DNA of 56,193 bases, filler included, from Sphacelaria rigidula (lineage: Eukaryota), in the NCBI GenBank assembly GCA_964200075.2. It is 5 parts of 5 records of this genome, joined end to end, with 100 filler letters (N's around TTAATTAATTAA, not from the genome) between each part and the next. Parts side by side here need not be neighbours in the genome. Positions count along the whole stretch, not along the records: positions 22,519 to 33,677 come from CAXNAA020005307.1; positions 33,778 to 44,935 come from CAXNAA020005308.1; 3 more parts are not named here. One strand, given 5' to 3'. The position numbers and the translations under genes were made by a program. The first letter of the stretch is position 1. Each line of letters begins with the position of its first letter. Of this stretch, positions 23,522-36,482 are shown piece after piece. Under the pieces are notes generated by a model, which was given only the letters and a program-made list of their open reading frames with translations, was not told the DNA's origin and did not search any database.

Positions 23522-26500
23522 ATGGCCCTGTGTAGCCGTGGCTGCAGTATTCATTCACATGCGACACGTTTGACCCACCCTCGCAAGCATCCTGATCCAT
23601 ATTTGCACACATGTAGTGGCACGGGGAAGGCGCGACCAGCGAGTATGATCGAGGGGGAGTCTTAGCCGCTGGACAACAGGAATATTAAGCATCGAAGTCA
23701 TGAACTATCAAAATGGCGACGCAGCAAAATTTTGATGGTGAACACTAAATGTACCTAGGGTATACGAGTACTCTTTGATCCTCAACAAAGGAGGGTGGCC
23801 GATAGCATTTCCTCGTGTGCATCATGTGCTCGGCTACGTTTGCCGGACAACACTTGGCGAAAACGTGAGACCGCCCATCAGACTGGGAACGTCTCGCACA
23901 CGATGAAAGATGTAAAGGCGGAGCCAGAACAATAAGCACAAACGGTTCTTATCAAGACGGCAGAGGATGTCACCCTTGGGCCCGCAACGTACCGTCGTCA
24001 TTCTAATCGAAATATACTGGTTCTTACTTCCGCGAAAACATACACCTAGATTCGCCTCAAATTTACAATCAGAGCAACATGAAGCGTAGTTCGCGGATCG
24101 GCCATCTTCTCTTCACGTTTTTCACACGTGGAGCTTTCCTCGAACACGTCTGATGTTCCTCGTACTTCGTACACGAAAGCACCTTGTCAAACACTCACGA
24201 CTTCCATCCTCACCTTGTTGAAGCACTCTCGGATGAAAGTGTCGTTCAGAGTAGCCCGCCAAAAGCCCGCATGTAGTGGTAGGGTCTCGGTCGACACCCC
24301 AGGGGCAGAGCAATTTAATCCCTGAAAATTTCGAAGTGGAGAATTGTACCCAAGACGAGGGAACACGGGAACGACTCTGTCCGACGTGATCGAACGGCTC
24401 GTCATCAAAAGGAAGGAAGGGGATATGGCCACTCTCGGAGAATGCAACGGATCGTGTTCCTGGAACTTCCCGAATAAAGCAAAACATCGAAGTGGCAGAC
24501 TGTCGGTCCGTTTGGAGGTTATCGGCGAATATTTCCAAAGTATGACCTGGTTAAGTCGTCATCACCTTTCATCAAAATGCACGGGTTCAACAAGAGTAAC
24601 GTGTACTCGAGCTCGATCGAGATTCTCATAATCAACGTATCTCTCGAAGTCTCTCTTCGACCTGTCCATTCTTACCGTGTCCCCGTTGTTGTGGACACTG
24701 GTGCACAGGTCACAATCAGAAGACATGGCGCTCCAGAACATCCCCGTCGGACAACGGAAGTAAGTCACGTCCATGTCCACCTCTGCAAACGACACCCATT
24801 TCGAGGATTCGCGATCTGCAGAGATGCTTATGCCGTAGACACGGAAGGTGGTCTTGGCCTCGCCATCGAAGTCGTCACCTGGACTGTTCGCCACCCAAAC
24901 ATTTATGCTGTTTTCAACGAGCAATATACGACGAACACGAGTGAATCTTCAATATATCACTATGAGGCGGGATCGTGGTATGCTATTGAAACCGGATGAT
25001 TGGCACTTCAGAAGTTCGAGTCTAGTTCCAAGTTCAGGTGACATTGACTGGAGAATTTGAAACCGTCTAAGCTCAGCTATGCTGCCGCAAGTGATGGGTG
25101 GATTTTGGGTTCCTCCCGGGCAATGTTTGGTACCTAACTACGTGAGCAAAAAGTTAACAAAAATGAACCGGGGTGGGGGATTATACCGCCTGCACTACTA
25201 AGCACGTTCAAGTTTTACGAAGATGTGTACTGTCACATTTCCATTATGTTTCTATGATCAACAGCCGCAGACGTTCGTCAGATCGGACCCCCCCCGGTCG
25301 CGGATCAAGGAAGAAGTGAGAAACGGTGGGGAAGAGACACTTGGGCGGTCTCCCTTAGTTTCCCGCCCAAAACATGGATAAACTTACTTTCGCAATACCG
25401 TGATCATTTTTTCTGGGTAGTTATCGGCTTCTCATTAATCCCGTGAGGTCACTTCATAGCTACATTACCGTCTACTCCTGGTGCAATACCTACTTCTGTC
25501 ATTCGTGTACCCCGCTCTTATGCCCAACTATGGGATATGTGCACAGTCCCAAACACACACCGTGATTGAAATTTTGATGACTGCCGGAGTTGTGACTCAA
25601 CCTTTCAAAAGAAATGGCGTCAAACGTGTTTATGCAGAGTAATGAAACCTGCTTTACCATTGACCCGATCTGGTCCAGTATTGCTACCGGTGTATATCAC
25701 AGTTACATGGTTCCAAATACCTTCTGTGCTGTACAATGAAATGCTCACTTGAAGCGACAGTTGGTCACAGACTTGCTACACCTGCACATGACCATCGCCT
25801 GCAGGCAGGTGACAGTCTTATTGGTAGGCTCACACACGCGGCTATTCGGCTACCTCCCACAACGCCTCCGGAGGGATGCGCGGCCCTCCAGAGGCAAAAC
25901 AAGCCTCCGGAGGCCTTCAGTCCCTCTAAAGGAAACCAAAGACTGCCGATCTGGAGGGCCGCGCATCCCTCCAGAGGAATTTAGGGGTAGTAAAATGCCT
26001 TTGGAGAGATCTGCGGCCCTCCAGAGGCAAGAACAAGCCTCCGGAGGCGTTTCATCCCTCTTGAGGAAACCAAGAATCTCCTCTGGAGGATCGCGTACCC
26101 CTCCAAAGGCGTTAATTCCTCTGGAGGCTCGAAACTTTGACCGACCTGGAGGAATTTTGACGGTAGCCAAATGGCCGCGTGTGCAGAAGCACTTCCACAC
26201 CCGGTTTTCACACGAACAAAATCGCAACAGTAAGAATCTAATGACCAACCGCGCGTCACTTTCTAACCTTTGCCCGGGGAGGAGCAAGCCCGTCGTAGGG
26301 AGTATAGTCCAGGGAGTCGGGATGTCCGGAGACAATGCAGATATTCTCCACAAAACACCCGTTCCGTTGCTCCCATGGCTGGTGCCAGTGCTGGTCCTTT
26401 GGCCACGTTCGTACGGCAGCGCAAGGGACAGAGTACCCACCAGCATATGATCCCGATACGTTACACCCGGAGACGAGACTTCGCTCAGCAATAGGCGGCC

Positions 26501-29500
26501 AGCGTCGCCGTCAAGACACGTCTTTTGAGGAGCGAGACGGCAGGGTATAGCATAGCGTCGGGGGGCAATTATTTCGCGAGAGAGTGACAGAAATTACGAC
26601 CCTGACCGTCAATCATTTTCAACCTGTTCGTGGACCAGCATCCCCTGTATTACGTAGCTTAGAAAATACAGTGTCCAAGGTGCATTTCTGCTTATACATT
26701 GAAACCACCAGAGCGGACGTTCGCAGTCAGTCAATCAAACCTAACCTCCGCTCCTGATACGCCAGAGTAGCACTGACAGTAGACCCCTACGTCTCCGACC
26801 GAGCACGCCGATCCTTCGCTGCAGAGTGAGGGCGCCGTGTTCCCGTCAGCTCCGCCGCTATCGCACGTGAAGTCGGCGTTGGTCAGATTGTCCGCGGTCA
26901 GAGGCCCATTGGCGCTGGCAACGGCCTGCTCAACTGCAGCAGCCATGCATGCCGGTGAAGAGAACGCGGACGAGAATGACGATTCAACGTTCAACCGACT
27001 CCTTGATTGCAAAGTAATCTGGAGTTTCCAGCTCCGTGAATGATGCGCACATGAAAGTCAAGCCGCGACCACGGCTCTCAGAATAGCATGCACACAGACT
27101 GAAGTTGTCTATTTCGCCGTCAACGGGGTTTGGGTCACACCACAAGTACTAATGAAACAAACTCGTTAGCCAAACATGGCCGAAAGAACAAGAGAATGGA
27201 AGCGGAAGCACAAACCTACGGGAACGGTGGTGCTATCAACGCAGCAATACTCACAGTTCATATCGCCGAGCACGGAGTTACGTATGGTAGTTAAACTCGA
27301 CGGTTCCGCCTGTACCAGGATCGGTGCCGAGCTTCCACGGAAGTTGGGGTTGTCCAGAGTAATATTACCTTCGTTAAACACCACAGCCTGCCACCACGGT
27401 ATTCGAATAAGGCAAAGCGCAGTATGTTCCAAGATTCAAAGCTCTTCTCTGTGGGATCGAATCCAAGGGGTTCGGGATTGATGTGATCAATTTCGCGCGT
27501 ACCAGAAATGTTCTCTCGAGTATGGCGGGTGAGCAATTTATGAACTGGCTTGGGTGAACTTCATTCCGTTGTCATTGTCTACTACCCTCGCATCTGTTTC
27601 CATCACAGAAGTGCACGCCATGAAAACGAGGTGAGCATCACACCGCACGAGCGCACCTCGAACTGGACACGTGCTCTGAGCAAAGGTATTGTGAATCTCA
27701 GCAGTAAATTTCACAGGAGGTTTTGACCCAGCGTACCTTGAACCGACAGAACTATTGTTCATGTACAGAGCAAAGCGGGACCCGAAACTGATCGATTCAA
27801 TCGGAACGTTGTGATAGTTCGGATTCTCTCCCCCCGCAGTGTCGATTTGCTACGGCTAATACCAAGCCAATTTGCGCACCTCCCCGTCAAACCCCGAGAA
27901 TGACGTGAACTCCGCCTCGTAGGTGGAGTCGGCATCGATCTGCACCGCTGTCCCGCTGGTAGAATTCGTAGTACGCTGGTACTTCACCTGGAGATAATGA
28001 GGTAAATAACAACACAGCGAAGGAACGAGATCGCGCGACTCCGCTGACCTCACAGTCTCTTCGGGATCAACTCCTGCTTCACGCACGATTGGACAACCCT
28101 GCTAGTCGAGACCTGAAATACCAGCGGAAAAACGGGGTATCCGTATCCGTAGTTCAATATCTTTTGATCCCCCCATCCCCCAAAAGTCGTCGTGCGTCTC
28201 GAAGGTGATACGACGGAGAGAGAGCCATAGTCGTATGTTTTCACCCTATGGACAATTAAGCGAGACTCCTCGTGCAGATCCTATTGACGCGTTTGTCCCA
28301 GTATTGAAAGACAAAACCACTTGATCTTCTCGCAGCCCCCAGCTTCACCTGGTATGTTCGGAGTGTGCTTGCCATCAGTAGTACCGCGATTGATCGCGAA
28401 TTCCCGTTGTCGTATAGCGTCGCCCCTTGCATTGTCATGTCCGTGCCGTTCACGGCATAACTGGTCCAGGAGCATCCAACAGAACGAAACAACAGAACCA
28501 TGTCCGGCATTTATTCTCAGAATGAGAATTCACGAGTTGTACACGAGCGCCGCACACATGAATGCTTGCGCAAGTCAGGGTTGTACCTCACCCCACCAGC
28601 GATGCGCGGGAAAGAAGAGACACTCTCAGAAACAGCATTTTCAATACATACAGTGCACTTAAAAACAGGCTTGAACCACTCTGCTCCCGGTGTCACGCGT
28701 ACCACCCGATACGAACGTTTAGCTGGACCGTACATGGCCGAACCGATGAACGCGACGTTGTTGCTCAGGTCGCACTCCCAATGCAAGTTCCCTCCTTCGG
28801 CGTAAATTGCTCCTCCGGCCCTGGCCTGGTGACCGACTATTGCGGACCCCTTGCAGGACGCGGGACCATTTCCCTCCTTATAGAGAAAACCCCCATGATG
28901 TGCTTTGTTGCTTTCGAACGTCCCGCTAGATATCTGTGGGTAGGAGATTTGACGGGTCGAAAATGGGCCCGTCGGTTTCACGGCCCCGGAAGGCGTCAGG
29001 AAGCACTGCGGTGTTGATGTGTTTGCCAGTGAGGGTATGAACGACACAGAACAGGCTGATATCACTTGTTACGGAAGCTCCACCTCAACGGAGTTACATG
29101 TTTCATGCGCGCGCCGTGCGTCATATATGTATAGATGGATATATACATATATCATACGAAAGATGCACGACGGCGACCATTCAGATCACGGCGACACTCA
29201 ATAACAAGTGACTTGTCACCGACGTTCCTGGCACGTGAGGCTCATCATCTCCTCAGCATTTTACGAGTAAGGTAAGCGTCAGCTTCTGCTTGCGAGAGAC
29301 GATACAGACGGATTTTTTCAAATCAGAATGGGTCGTGGGCCCAAGAGTCTGGAATCATTTGGACACTAAAACAAATGATGCGTCTCGGGGCGCTTGACTT
29401 TCTTCATTCAAGTTGCAATATGTGCAGAACCCATTCCGCTGTCTTGATCAACACATGGTGATGTGCCCCTCCGCGACCCTGACCACTCTGTGTCTGTCAT

Positions 29501-30869
29501 CCACAGAAAAATTGCAATTCCATAATTATACCAGCACATGACGAGTACGAACGCTGCACTCGGAGCAACCACCCGGCACATGAGGCGGACCACCGCTCCT
29601 TTAGTGTGATTCCCCACCACACGTCGATAACTTGCTTTGTTACTTCATCTTTCTGCCTTGCCCTTCCGCCTGTGGGTCCCATTCAAACCTTTCCATCACG
29701 AAGCATGCTTTGAATGAACAGCTATAACTGGAGTACTCAAAACTAGAGGTTTCAGCGTATTCTCACCTCCAGGCGGGTGTCCTCCTCAACCGAGAGTGCG
29801 CCGCCCTCATCCGCTCGGTTGCTAACGAATATCCCTCCTTCAACGAATAGCTCTGACTCGTTAGAGACGAACACTACTCCTCCGTCATTTCCTCCGTCAT
29901 TTCCACGGAAAGTACCGTTTTTAACAGTGAAGTTGCCTCCGCCCGCTGAAAAAAACACGCCCCCTCGATCCTCGGCCATGTTTCCCCGGAAATGCCCACC
30001 CTTGACAAGTAGGTGACCCTTTGAATGCAGAACCCCACCGTTCTGCGCGGCACCCGAATGAATTCGACGTCATCACGATTGTACAACATATGGCGATTGG
30101 AAGCCGAGAGTTTCCCGCCACACTTCGAACGGCGTAAGCTAATCCAGCCATAAAAACACATGCAGAGATCTACCCCGTAGCCTGGTCAGTCATCCTGCAC
30201 GATAGTGTGAAGAGGGTTGCCCGTTCGTGGTGTTCCCCTCAGCATGTCAACCTGTGCTTCTTTGATCGATCCAACCTGAGCTCTCGCCCAGGCCGGCATT
30301 TGTGTCTTTGTCGGCTCATGAAACTACATCTTACAGCAGCACAAGCACTGGACAAAGGTAACCAGAAGCCCCCCCCCCTCTCGACGCGGACGGGGATAAG
30401 GTATGTAAAAAGGTTTTTGTGCAATGTATGGAAGAAGCGTAATGAGCACTGGGATGTTGAAGGTGTCTCTATGAGGAGTAGGAACGGCGCCCCGTCTCGA
30501 AAGGGACGCGTGGTCAATGGTCAAAAGGCAAGCAATAAATGAGTACGCCCCCCTCTCGATGCGTGTCGCCATTTCCTACGATCGGCTGCGGCTGCCTCCC
30601 TTGCTTACCTGATAGCTAAAGTTGTCGATGAACGTGCCCCCGTGGATTACAATTTCCGTGTTGCTGGTTGCCCCGAACACCGCACCATCCGTTTTGCATT
30701 TATTGTTCTCAAACCAGTTGTCGTCACCGACGACTTCGACTTTTGAGTCCTCGTTACTGTATATGACGCCTCCACCGTCGTGATGAGCCTGATTATCCTT
30801 GAACGTCGAGTTGCGGAGAATGACTGTCCCGCCGAATCCATCGTCACTCGACAGAGTGATTGCTCCGGC
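23522..30869 (-). CDS. Polymorphic-outer-membrane-protein-like / pectin-lyase-fold adhesin with Cys-rich C-terminal region (partial at both ends)
   Basis: 11 phase-compatible GT-AG exons: 30869-30609, 30042-29767, 28933-28734, 28460-28349, 27987-27880, 27387-27255, 26933-26746, 26521-26268, 24907-24676, 24321-24214, 23591-23522. Repeated FxxN-x-A..GG(A/V)(I/L) motifs, then WTILPTTGLLLPGQS, CPTGMFW..CDLC, GLNCSAPG..LPLHAGFWR and DACEGG..YCSHGYTGP. Confidence 0.88.
25861..26128. repeat. Intronic MITE-like element built from palindromic CCTCCRGAGG motifs
   Basis: More than 10 copies of CCTCYRGAGG and variants, arranged as two ~130-bp units, with inverted ends AACGCCTCCGGAGGG / CCCTCCAAAGGCGTT. 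Confidence 0.7.
30389..30547 (+). mobile_element. 5'-truncated LINE family A with ~16-bp TSD
   Basis: Ends AAATGAGTACG. Flanks CCCCCCTCTCGACGCG (30373-30388) and CCCCCCTCTCGATGCG (30548-30563). Confidence 0.85.
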
Positions 30870-31131
30870 CTTTGTATTAGGGGTCCGGAGGACGGGAGAG
30901 CAGAGCGGGAGGGAGGAGGATGGGGGGGGCGGGGGGGCGGGGGGGTACCAGTTTGCTGCTTGCCTTGGTCGTTTAGCCATTGACCACGCATCCCTTTCGA
31001 GACGGAGTACCGTTCCCATTCCTAACAGAGACATCTGCAACAGTTGGGCGCTCACTACGCTTCTTCCATACACTTCACAGGAAGTTTTACATATCGTAAC
31101 ACCGCCCTGTCGGTGGCCACCATTTATCTCC

Positions 31132-31389
31132 GAGTCATGCTACGATAGGGAGGGGGGGGGGGGTATTTGCTCCCACGAAAAAAGGGGCTCACAGATCTGT
31201 CAGACGACCTAACACCCTCGCGTTGCACTTGTCTTCACGTAAAAACGGAGTCAATCGGTATTGATGAGCGTTATCTATCGGTAACAAGCGCGCTTGAACA
31301 CCCGTTGCTGCTTTCAACGAAGATTTGAAGTGGAATTTCGTGGAAGAAGTGGCCCAAAATACCCCCCCCTCCCTATCGCAGCATGACTC
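31132..31389. mobile_element. Sola-like MITE (GAG..CTC, 4-bp TSD CTCC)
   Basis: TIR GAGTCATGCTACGATAGGGAGGGGG / CCCCCTCCCTATCGCAGCATGACTC, with CTCC on both sides. Confidence 0.8.
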
Positions 31390-31787
31390 CTCCTACTATA
31401 GCCATCGTTTTCTTGCTACTGTCTAATGCAACAAACCATTTCATGCGACCTTCGTTTACTTCCCACACTCCCCCATCTAGTCCCGTTCCTTCTTATATAG
31501 TTCACATTATGAGTTTTATTCTATATCCCTTTGCTACATAGACAACTCTCTGCACCTCCTTCCTCCTACGCTCGACTGCTGGTAAATCTCTTTCTTGTTT
31601 CTGGCAGGTCCAGGTCCCCACCCGAAGTCGCAGTTCAAAATATTTTTCCGTAGCCGTTGGGCCATGCGGATATGTTCTCAATACTATCCCCTCTCTCAAC
31701 CCGCCGTATATCTTGAGGTGCCCTTCCTCTCGTCTACCTCGTAGCGTTTGTCTTCACCTTACTCCTATCATGTCTCTTACTTTCGTT

Positions 31788-32043
31788 GAGCAATTCTACG
31801 GTAGGGGTGCACGTGTTGGGCGAAATCTTATCTGGTTCAGGGGCTCTCAACGATTCTAGATGCACAAGAATATGGTTCGGGGCATCCCCGTTTGCAAATT
31901 CATTCAGGATATCCCTCGCACATTGGAATAGTAATCCTGACGTACTCTCACCTATTTTATAAGCCGTGTTTTGGACGAGATAAAGGGCTCCTAACAATTC
32001 TAACCTCAGGATATATTTGTGCCCTCCCACCGTAAAAGCACTC
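31788..32043. mobile_element. Sola-like MITE (second family)
   Basis: Full-length match to 43827-44083; GAGCAATTCTACGGTAGGGG..CTC termini. Confidence 0.8.
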
Positions 32044-32081
32044 CATCTTTGCACCCCCCGCATCCACCCATTGACATGAAA

Positions 32082-32436
32082 GGTCACCCCGGTGGCTCAG
32101 TTTGTAAACCTTGGAACTCTCTGACGGTTGGGTCGAGGGTTCGAATCTCGGAGCGATCTGGATTTTTTTCTTATTCAATGCCCAACAGCGGAGAACGACT
32201 ATGTCGTGGGTACACAAGATTCGACTTCATGGTCGACGAGGAAAAGGGAGTGCTGAACCCCTCTCGCGATAGAAAATAAAGGCAAGCACCGCAAAAGGAA
32301 GGTGGAGAAGTAAAAATAACGAAAATAGAATAAGCTCCTGTGTTGGCCGTCCTCCTGTGTGACCCGGCTGGTGCGCCCACGTGTACCGAAAGGTATAGAC
32401 CGACGTCCAGAACAAATGGGACGACAACACACACAT
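32082..32436 (+). mobile_element. tRNA-derived SINE with (CA)n tail
   Basis: A-box TGGCTCAGTTTG and B-box GGTTCGAATC. Full-length match to 51914-52275. Confidence 0.85.
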
Positions 32437-33677
32437 ATGATCTCTCCTTGGTTTCCTCCTATCTCCTTCCATACTTTCTCGACTACGCTATCCAATCTTA
32501 TTCTAGCCTGTTCTTTCGACACTTTTTTCCAATGCAGCCCTGTCAACAATGGCTGGTAATCTCTTCCTTTGCATGCCCCTTACGCCATGTTACGATCTCA
32601 ATCTTCTCATGCACATGTTTGTTTCAAGTGAGTACATTCCCAACTCTACGCTCCATGCTGCATTGCTCGTCGTTTTTGAGCATCCAACTATTCTCTTAGC
32701 TGCTGTCATCTGTACTCTTTCCAGTTTATCCATTAACTTTGCGTTCCAATCCCACACTTCTTCAGTATATTACACCTTGGGTACAATCACATCCATCAGA
32801 GTACATTTCTTAACCCTAGTATCTAGGTGCGAGTATATTAGGATCACGTCCTCCTTGCCTATCGTCGCCTTGCTCCTTTCTATTTCTTTGTTTATGTGTG
32901 CATCCCAAGAACGGTTTTGTGATATCTCTACGCCAAGGTATGTATGCTAGTCTACGATCGGCAATTCCTCTTCTCCCCACTTCCATTTCAACTCTACCGG
33001 GCTCTTTACATCTTCGTTACATACAAGCACCACGCATTTGTTCACGTTCGCTTTCCATTTCTCAGTGTATTCGAGCGCCGTCTCTATTTGCTCACGCGTC
33101 CTTCTGGCGTTTCTGATATCCCCACGAAATCATCCACGAACATCAATCCTGATACCATTTTCCCCTCACCTTGGCTTTTGCTTTTCTGCGTCTATTGCTA
33201 TTATCCGGTCATCAATGGATACCTTGAATAATGAGGGTGATAACGTACATCCTCGTGCAACTTGTTGCAAAATATGTGCATATTTCTATACTTCCCAGTG
33301 TAGCATCATGACACTTTTTACACATTCTGCCATCTGCTTCACCATTTTCCACATTGTCCCTCTACTGCCAGTTTCCCACATCTTTTTCCACGACCCATTT
33401 CTCCAAACTGTATCATAGGCCTTCTGTGCGTTCAGAAGAAAACAGTTCGCTGTTAGCCCGGCGTCTCACTTCCCTTGACTAATCTTACTTCATGTGTACA
33501 CATGGTCTACGCAACTACGTTTCAGTCTAAAAACTGCTTGCGCCTTGCTGAGTTTATCTTCTTTTTTTAAAATCGTTCCTACTCTTATCATTAAGGATCT
33601 TACACGGTTAGGACAAATCATCACGACTCAAAATCACCAAATTCACGATTTCTTCGGCCTGATTGCCCAAAAGGGAG

Positions 33678-33777
33678 NNNNNNNNNNNNNNNNNNNNNNN
33701 NNNNNNNNNNNNNNNNNNNNNTTAATTAATTAANNNNNNNNNNNNNNNNNNNNNNNNNNNNNNNNNNNNNNNNNNNN
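33678..33777. other. Artificial contig linker
   Basis: N-TTAATTAATTAA-N spacer. Confidence 0.97.
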
Positions 33778-33850
33778 GGCTGATGCGCCCACATATCCCG
33801 AAAGGGGTAGACTGGCGCCCAGAATAAATGAGACGACAACACACACACAT
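33778..33850 (+). mobile_element. 3' end of tRNA-derived SINE
   Basis: Matches 32366-32436 including the GACGACAACACACAC tail. Confidence 0.8.
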
Positions 33851-34157
33851 AATTGGTTGATTGGGATTGAATGGATGGTTGTATATATTTTTTGGACAAG
33901 GGGAAAGACAATATATCAGTAGCAGCTCAGACAAATCCCAGCGGAGACCAAACAGTATTCGCAAGGCCCAAGCACACCACACAGCACGGTGACAGCTGCA
34001 GAACATGAAAGGGCATGGATGAGTTTGTGCCAGAGTACAGTCGAACAGAATACGTCTCATGTTTTGAACGGGTCCTTAATTTTGGTCCGTGTCGGTTTTG
34101 AATGCTCGGCCATAATCGCATATCGCGGGAAAATCTCATGATTCACGACGAGTTGGC

Positions 34158-34624
34158 CCCACTTTTATGGCAACGAATCTCGATTTGTACAAAAATGGGG
34201 ATTTTAGCCCATCTACAGGCGGTTTTGTCCCGTGGATTGATTTTTCGGACCCCAGCCCGTTGGGCAATGTTTTTCGGCTAGCTGTGAGCAAACCAGATCA
34301 CTTCTCCGATTCTCTGGACGCTTACTTTCAATACATCACATTTCTGTTGAAATCGGGACACTTCCGCATCTCCCCCGATTTCCCCCCGCTTTTTCTTAGA
34401 AATCGGGGAAGATGCGGGAGTCTCCCGATTTGAGCAGAGAGGTGGTTTACCGAAAGTAAGCGTCCAGAGAATCGGAGAAGTGATCTGGTTTGCTCACAGC
34501 TAGCCGAAAAACCTTTGCCCAACGGACTGGGGGCCGAAAAATCAACCCACGGGAGAAAATCGCCCGTAGACCGGCTGAAATCTTCATATTTGTACAAATC
34601 GAGATTCGTTGCCATAAAAGTGGG
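34158..34624. mobile_element. Foldback MITE, ~225-bp arms
   Basis: CCCACTTTTATGGCAACGAATCTCGATTTGTACAAA pairs with TTTGTACAAATCGAGATTCGTTGCCATAAAAGTGGG. Pairing continues to a ~15-nt loop near 34390. Confidence 0.9.
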
Positions 34625-35189
34625 TCCTACCCCTATCTGCGGGATGTGTGCCTCCATATTCCCCACCTCCTCCTGGGACGTCATCACTTTTTCGTGAAAC
34701 TCGTAAGTAACGCGGCAAAAAACAAAAGGCTGAGTTGGCTGGAGGCTGTGCACCGGCCTGCCTTCCTGCCTACCTGTCTGTCAGACAGCAATACACGAAA
34801 AATCTTACAATTCACGTCGAGTTATCCCTCTGCGGGAGGTGTGCCTCCATATTTTACATTTTCTCCCCCCCTCCTGATTGATTATCTCACATAATCAATC
34901 AATAAATCAGGGGCGGTATAATATTTTCGGGTGAAATACGTGAGCATATAGCGGCAAAAAGCAGAAGGCCGAGTTGGCTGGAGGCTGCGCGCCTGCCTGC
35001 CCAGCTGCCTACCTGCTCACCTGCCCGTCAGACAGCAACACACCGCACTCCCAGATGACATAATACCACCAGCCGATATTTACGAGCAGGGGGGGCGAAG
35101 GGTGGGTGGGTGAAAAAAAGTCGGGGCCGACAAAAAAAAAAGCGCCGGACAAGAAGTGTAGGATCCAAAAGTCTTTTACTCTCCGTGTA

Positions 35190-35661
35190 GACCGACTCTA
35201 ATGGGAGGCGTTCGAAACTCATGTTCAAAACTGCCTTTTAGGATTTTCTCCGTCGTTTTACGCCCGAAAAGAGGGCAAGGCGGATATCGACGCCTTGGAA
35301 TGACTTGCTCTTCTCATTGAGGCCATCCCAGGGCAACTTTGCATTTCCCGCTGGCCGCTCTTTCAGTTTTGGGCAAACACGGGTTTTCAACAAAAAACAG
35401 TCCAGCGATAAAAAAACAGGGAGAAATTTTGATCACCTGATCGTTTTTTACTGGAAATCCGTGTTTGGACTCATTTGGCCAGAAACAAAAGTGCGGCCAG
35501 CGGGAAATACAAAGTTGCCCTGGAACGGTCTCAACGACCAGAGCAAGTCATTCCAAGGCGTCAGCATTCGTCCAGGCCTCTTTTCGGATGTAAATCGACG
35601 GAGAAGGGCCCAAGAGGCAGTTTTCGACAGGAATTTTGAACGGCTCCCGTTGGAGTTAGCC
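35190..35661. mobile_element. PIF/Harbinger-type foldback MITE
   Basis: Long inverted arms GACCGACTCTAATGGGAGGCGTTC.. / ..GAACGGCTCCCGTTGGAGTTAGCC, followed by TTA. Confidence 0.75.
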
Positions 35662-35664
35662 TTA

Positions 35665-35836
35665 GGCCAACTCTTGTGGGAGCGTTTGAAATTTCTTTTC
35701 CAACACATTCTGTATTTTTTTTCTTTGTTATTATGGAGAACGGGCACAAAATAAACAGCTACGGCAAAGGAGGGGAAAAAAAGTCGTTCAAAACTATTGC
35801 AAAATAAAATTCTTAACGCTCCCATAAGAGTTGGCC
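35665..35836. mobile_element. PIF/Harbinger-type (Tourist-like) MITE, TTA TSD
   Basis: TTA-GGCCAACTCTTGTGGGAGCGTT ... AACGCTCCCATAAGAGTTGGCC-TTA. Confidence 0.85.
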
Positions 35837-36380
35837 TTACGGGCACAAACGCAGGGAAAAAAGGAGCCTACGGAGCACGAAGCGCAGGCTCTTTTTTTTC
35901 TGTACTTGTCCGGCAACATCAACGCTCGTCGGGTAGCACATGGGCCACGGACACTGTCATCTTGACAGCAAACCGTCAGAAAACCATGGCAGATGAAAAC
36001 AACACAGCCGGTCCAAAATACTTGCAGACCCGCGAATCGGTCAACGAATAGCCTCCATTTTGTGTAATATGAGCTGCTGTTACAGTATAATATTCAACAA
36101 GGAGCTTAATCGATACGCGAGTGCCATCTGGGTACAACTTTCGTTTTTTTTTTTTTTCAGACAGGTTTGAGGCGAACTTGTTTCATATTTGAGAATGCTT
36201 CGAAGTGAAACGCAACGGTAGTGCAAGTAGACGGGGTGCTTGAGTACCGATGTAGCAGGTTGAGCTGAAATATTGAACACAAGACTGCTCTGCTGCTACT
36301 GTGGGCTTGCGTAGGCATGCTCGTATTCTCTACATGTTACACGACAAAATTCAGCCGATTTTTGGCTTGTGTGCTGCCTA

Positions 36381-36482
36381 AGCCTCGGACCGCGCTGCGG
36401 GTAGTCCATCTGGATCACACACACGTTTTTAAAGTGAAAATTGATGCCGATTCAGCACGTGACCAACCCTCGAGGTCAAGGC
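36381..36482. mobile_element. piggyBac-type MITE, diverged copy
   Basis: Reverse-complement match to 20133-20234; ends at TTAA. Confidence 0.7.

Larger units (their letters stand above)
30946..33677 (-). mobile_element. Degenerate LINE family A (RT plus C-terminal region) with three nested insertions
   Basis: Minus strand RT motifs VARGCTLSPSLFKVSIDD (~33210-33265) and VSGLMFVDDFVG (~33120-33157). C-terminal ELRLRVGT.. region. Family-A 3' end abuts the G-run at 30922-30945. Confidence 0.85.

Noticed and set aside
24577-24999. Retroviral-type aspartic protease (VVDTGAQVTI) on the + strand
   Set aside because: Antisense to a well-supported exon (24907-24676) of the Pmp-like gene; no gag or RT nearby.
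25749-26450. 233-aa + strand ORF
   Set aside because: Overlaps a GC-rich palindromic repeat and is antisense to exon 26521-26268.
32082-32160. tRNA genes here and at 51914
   Set aside because: A/B boxes are present but there is no convincing cloverleaf, and both continue into a shared body and CA tail, so they are SINE heads.
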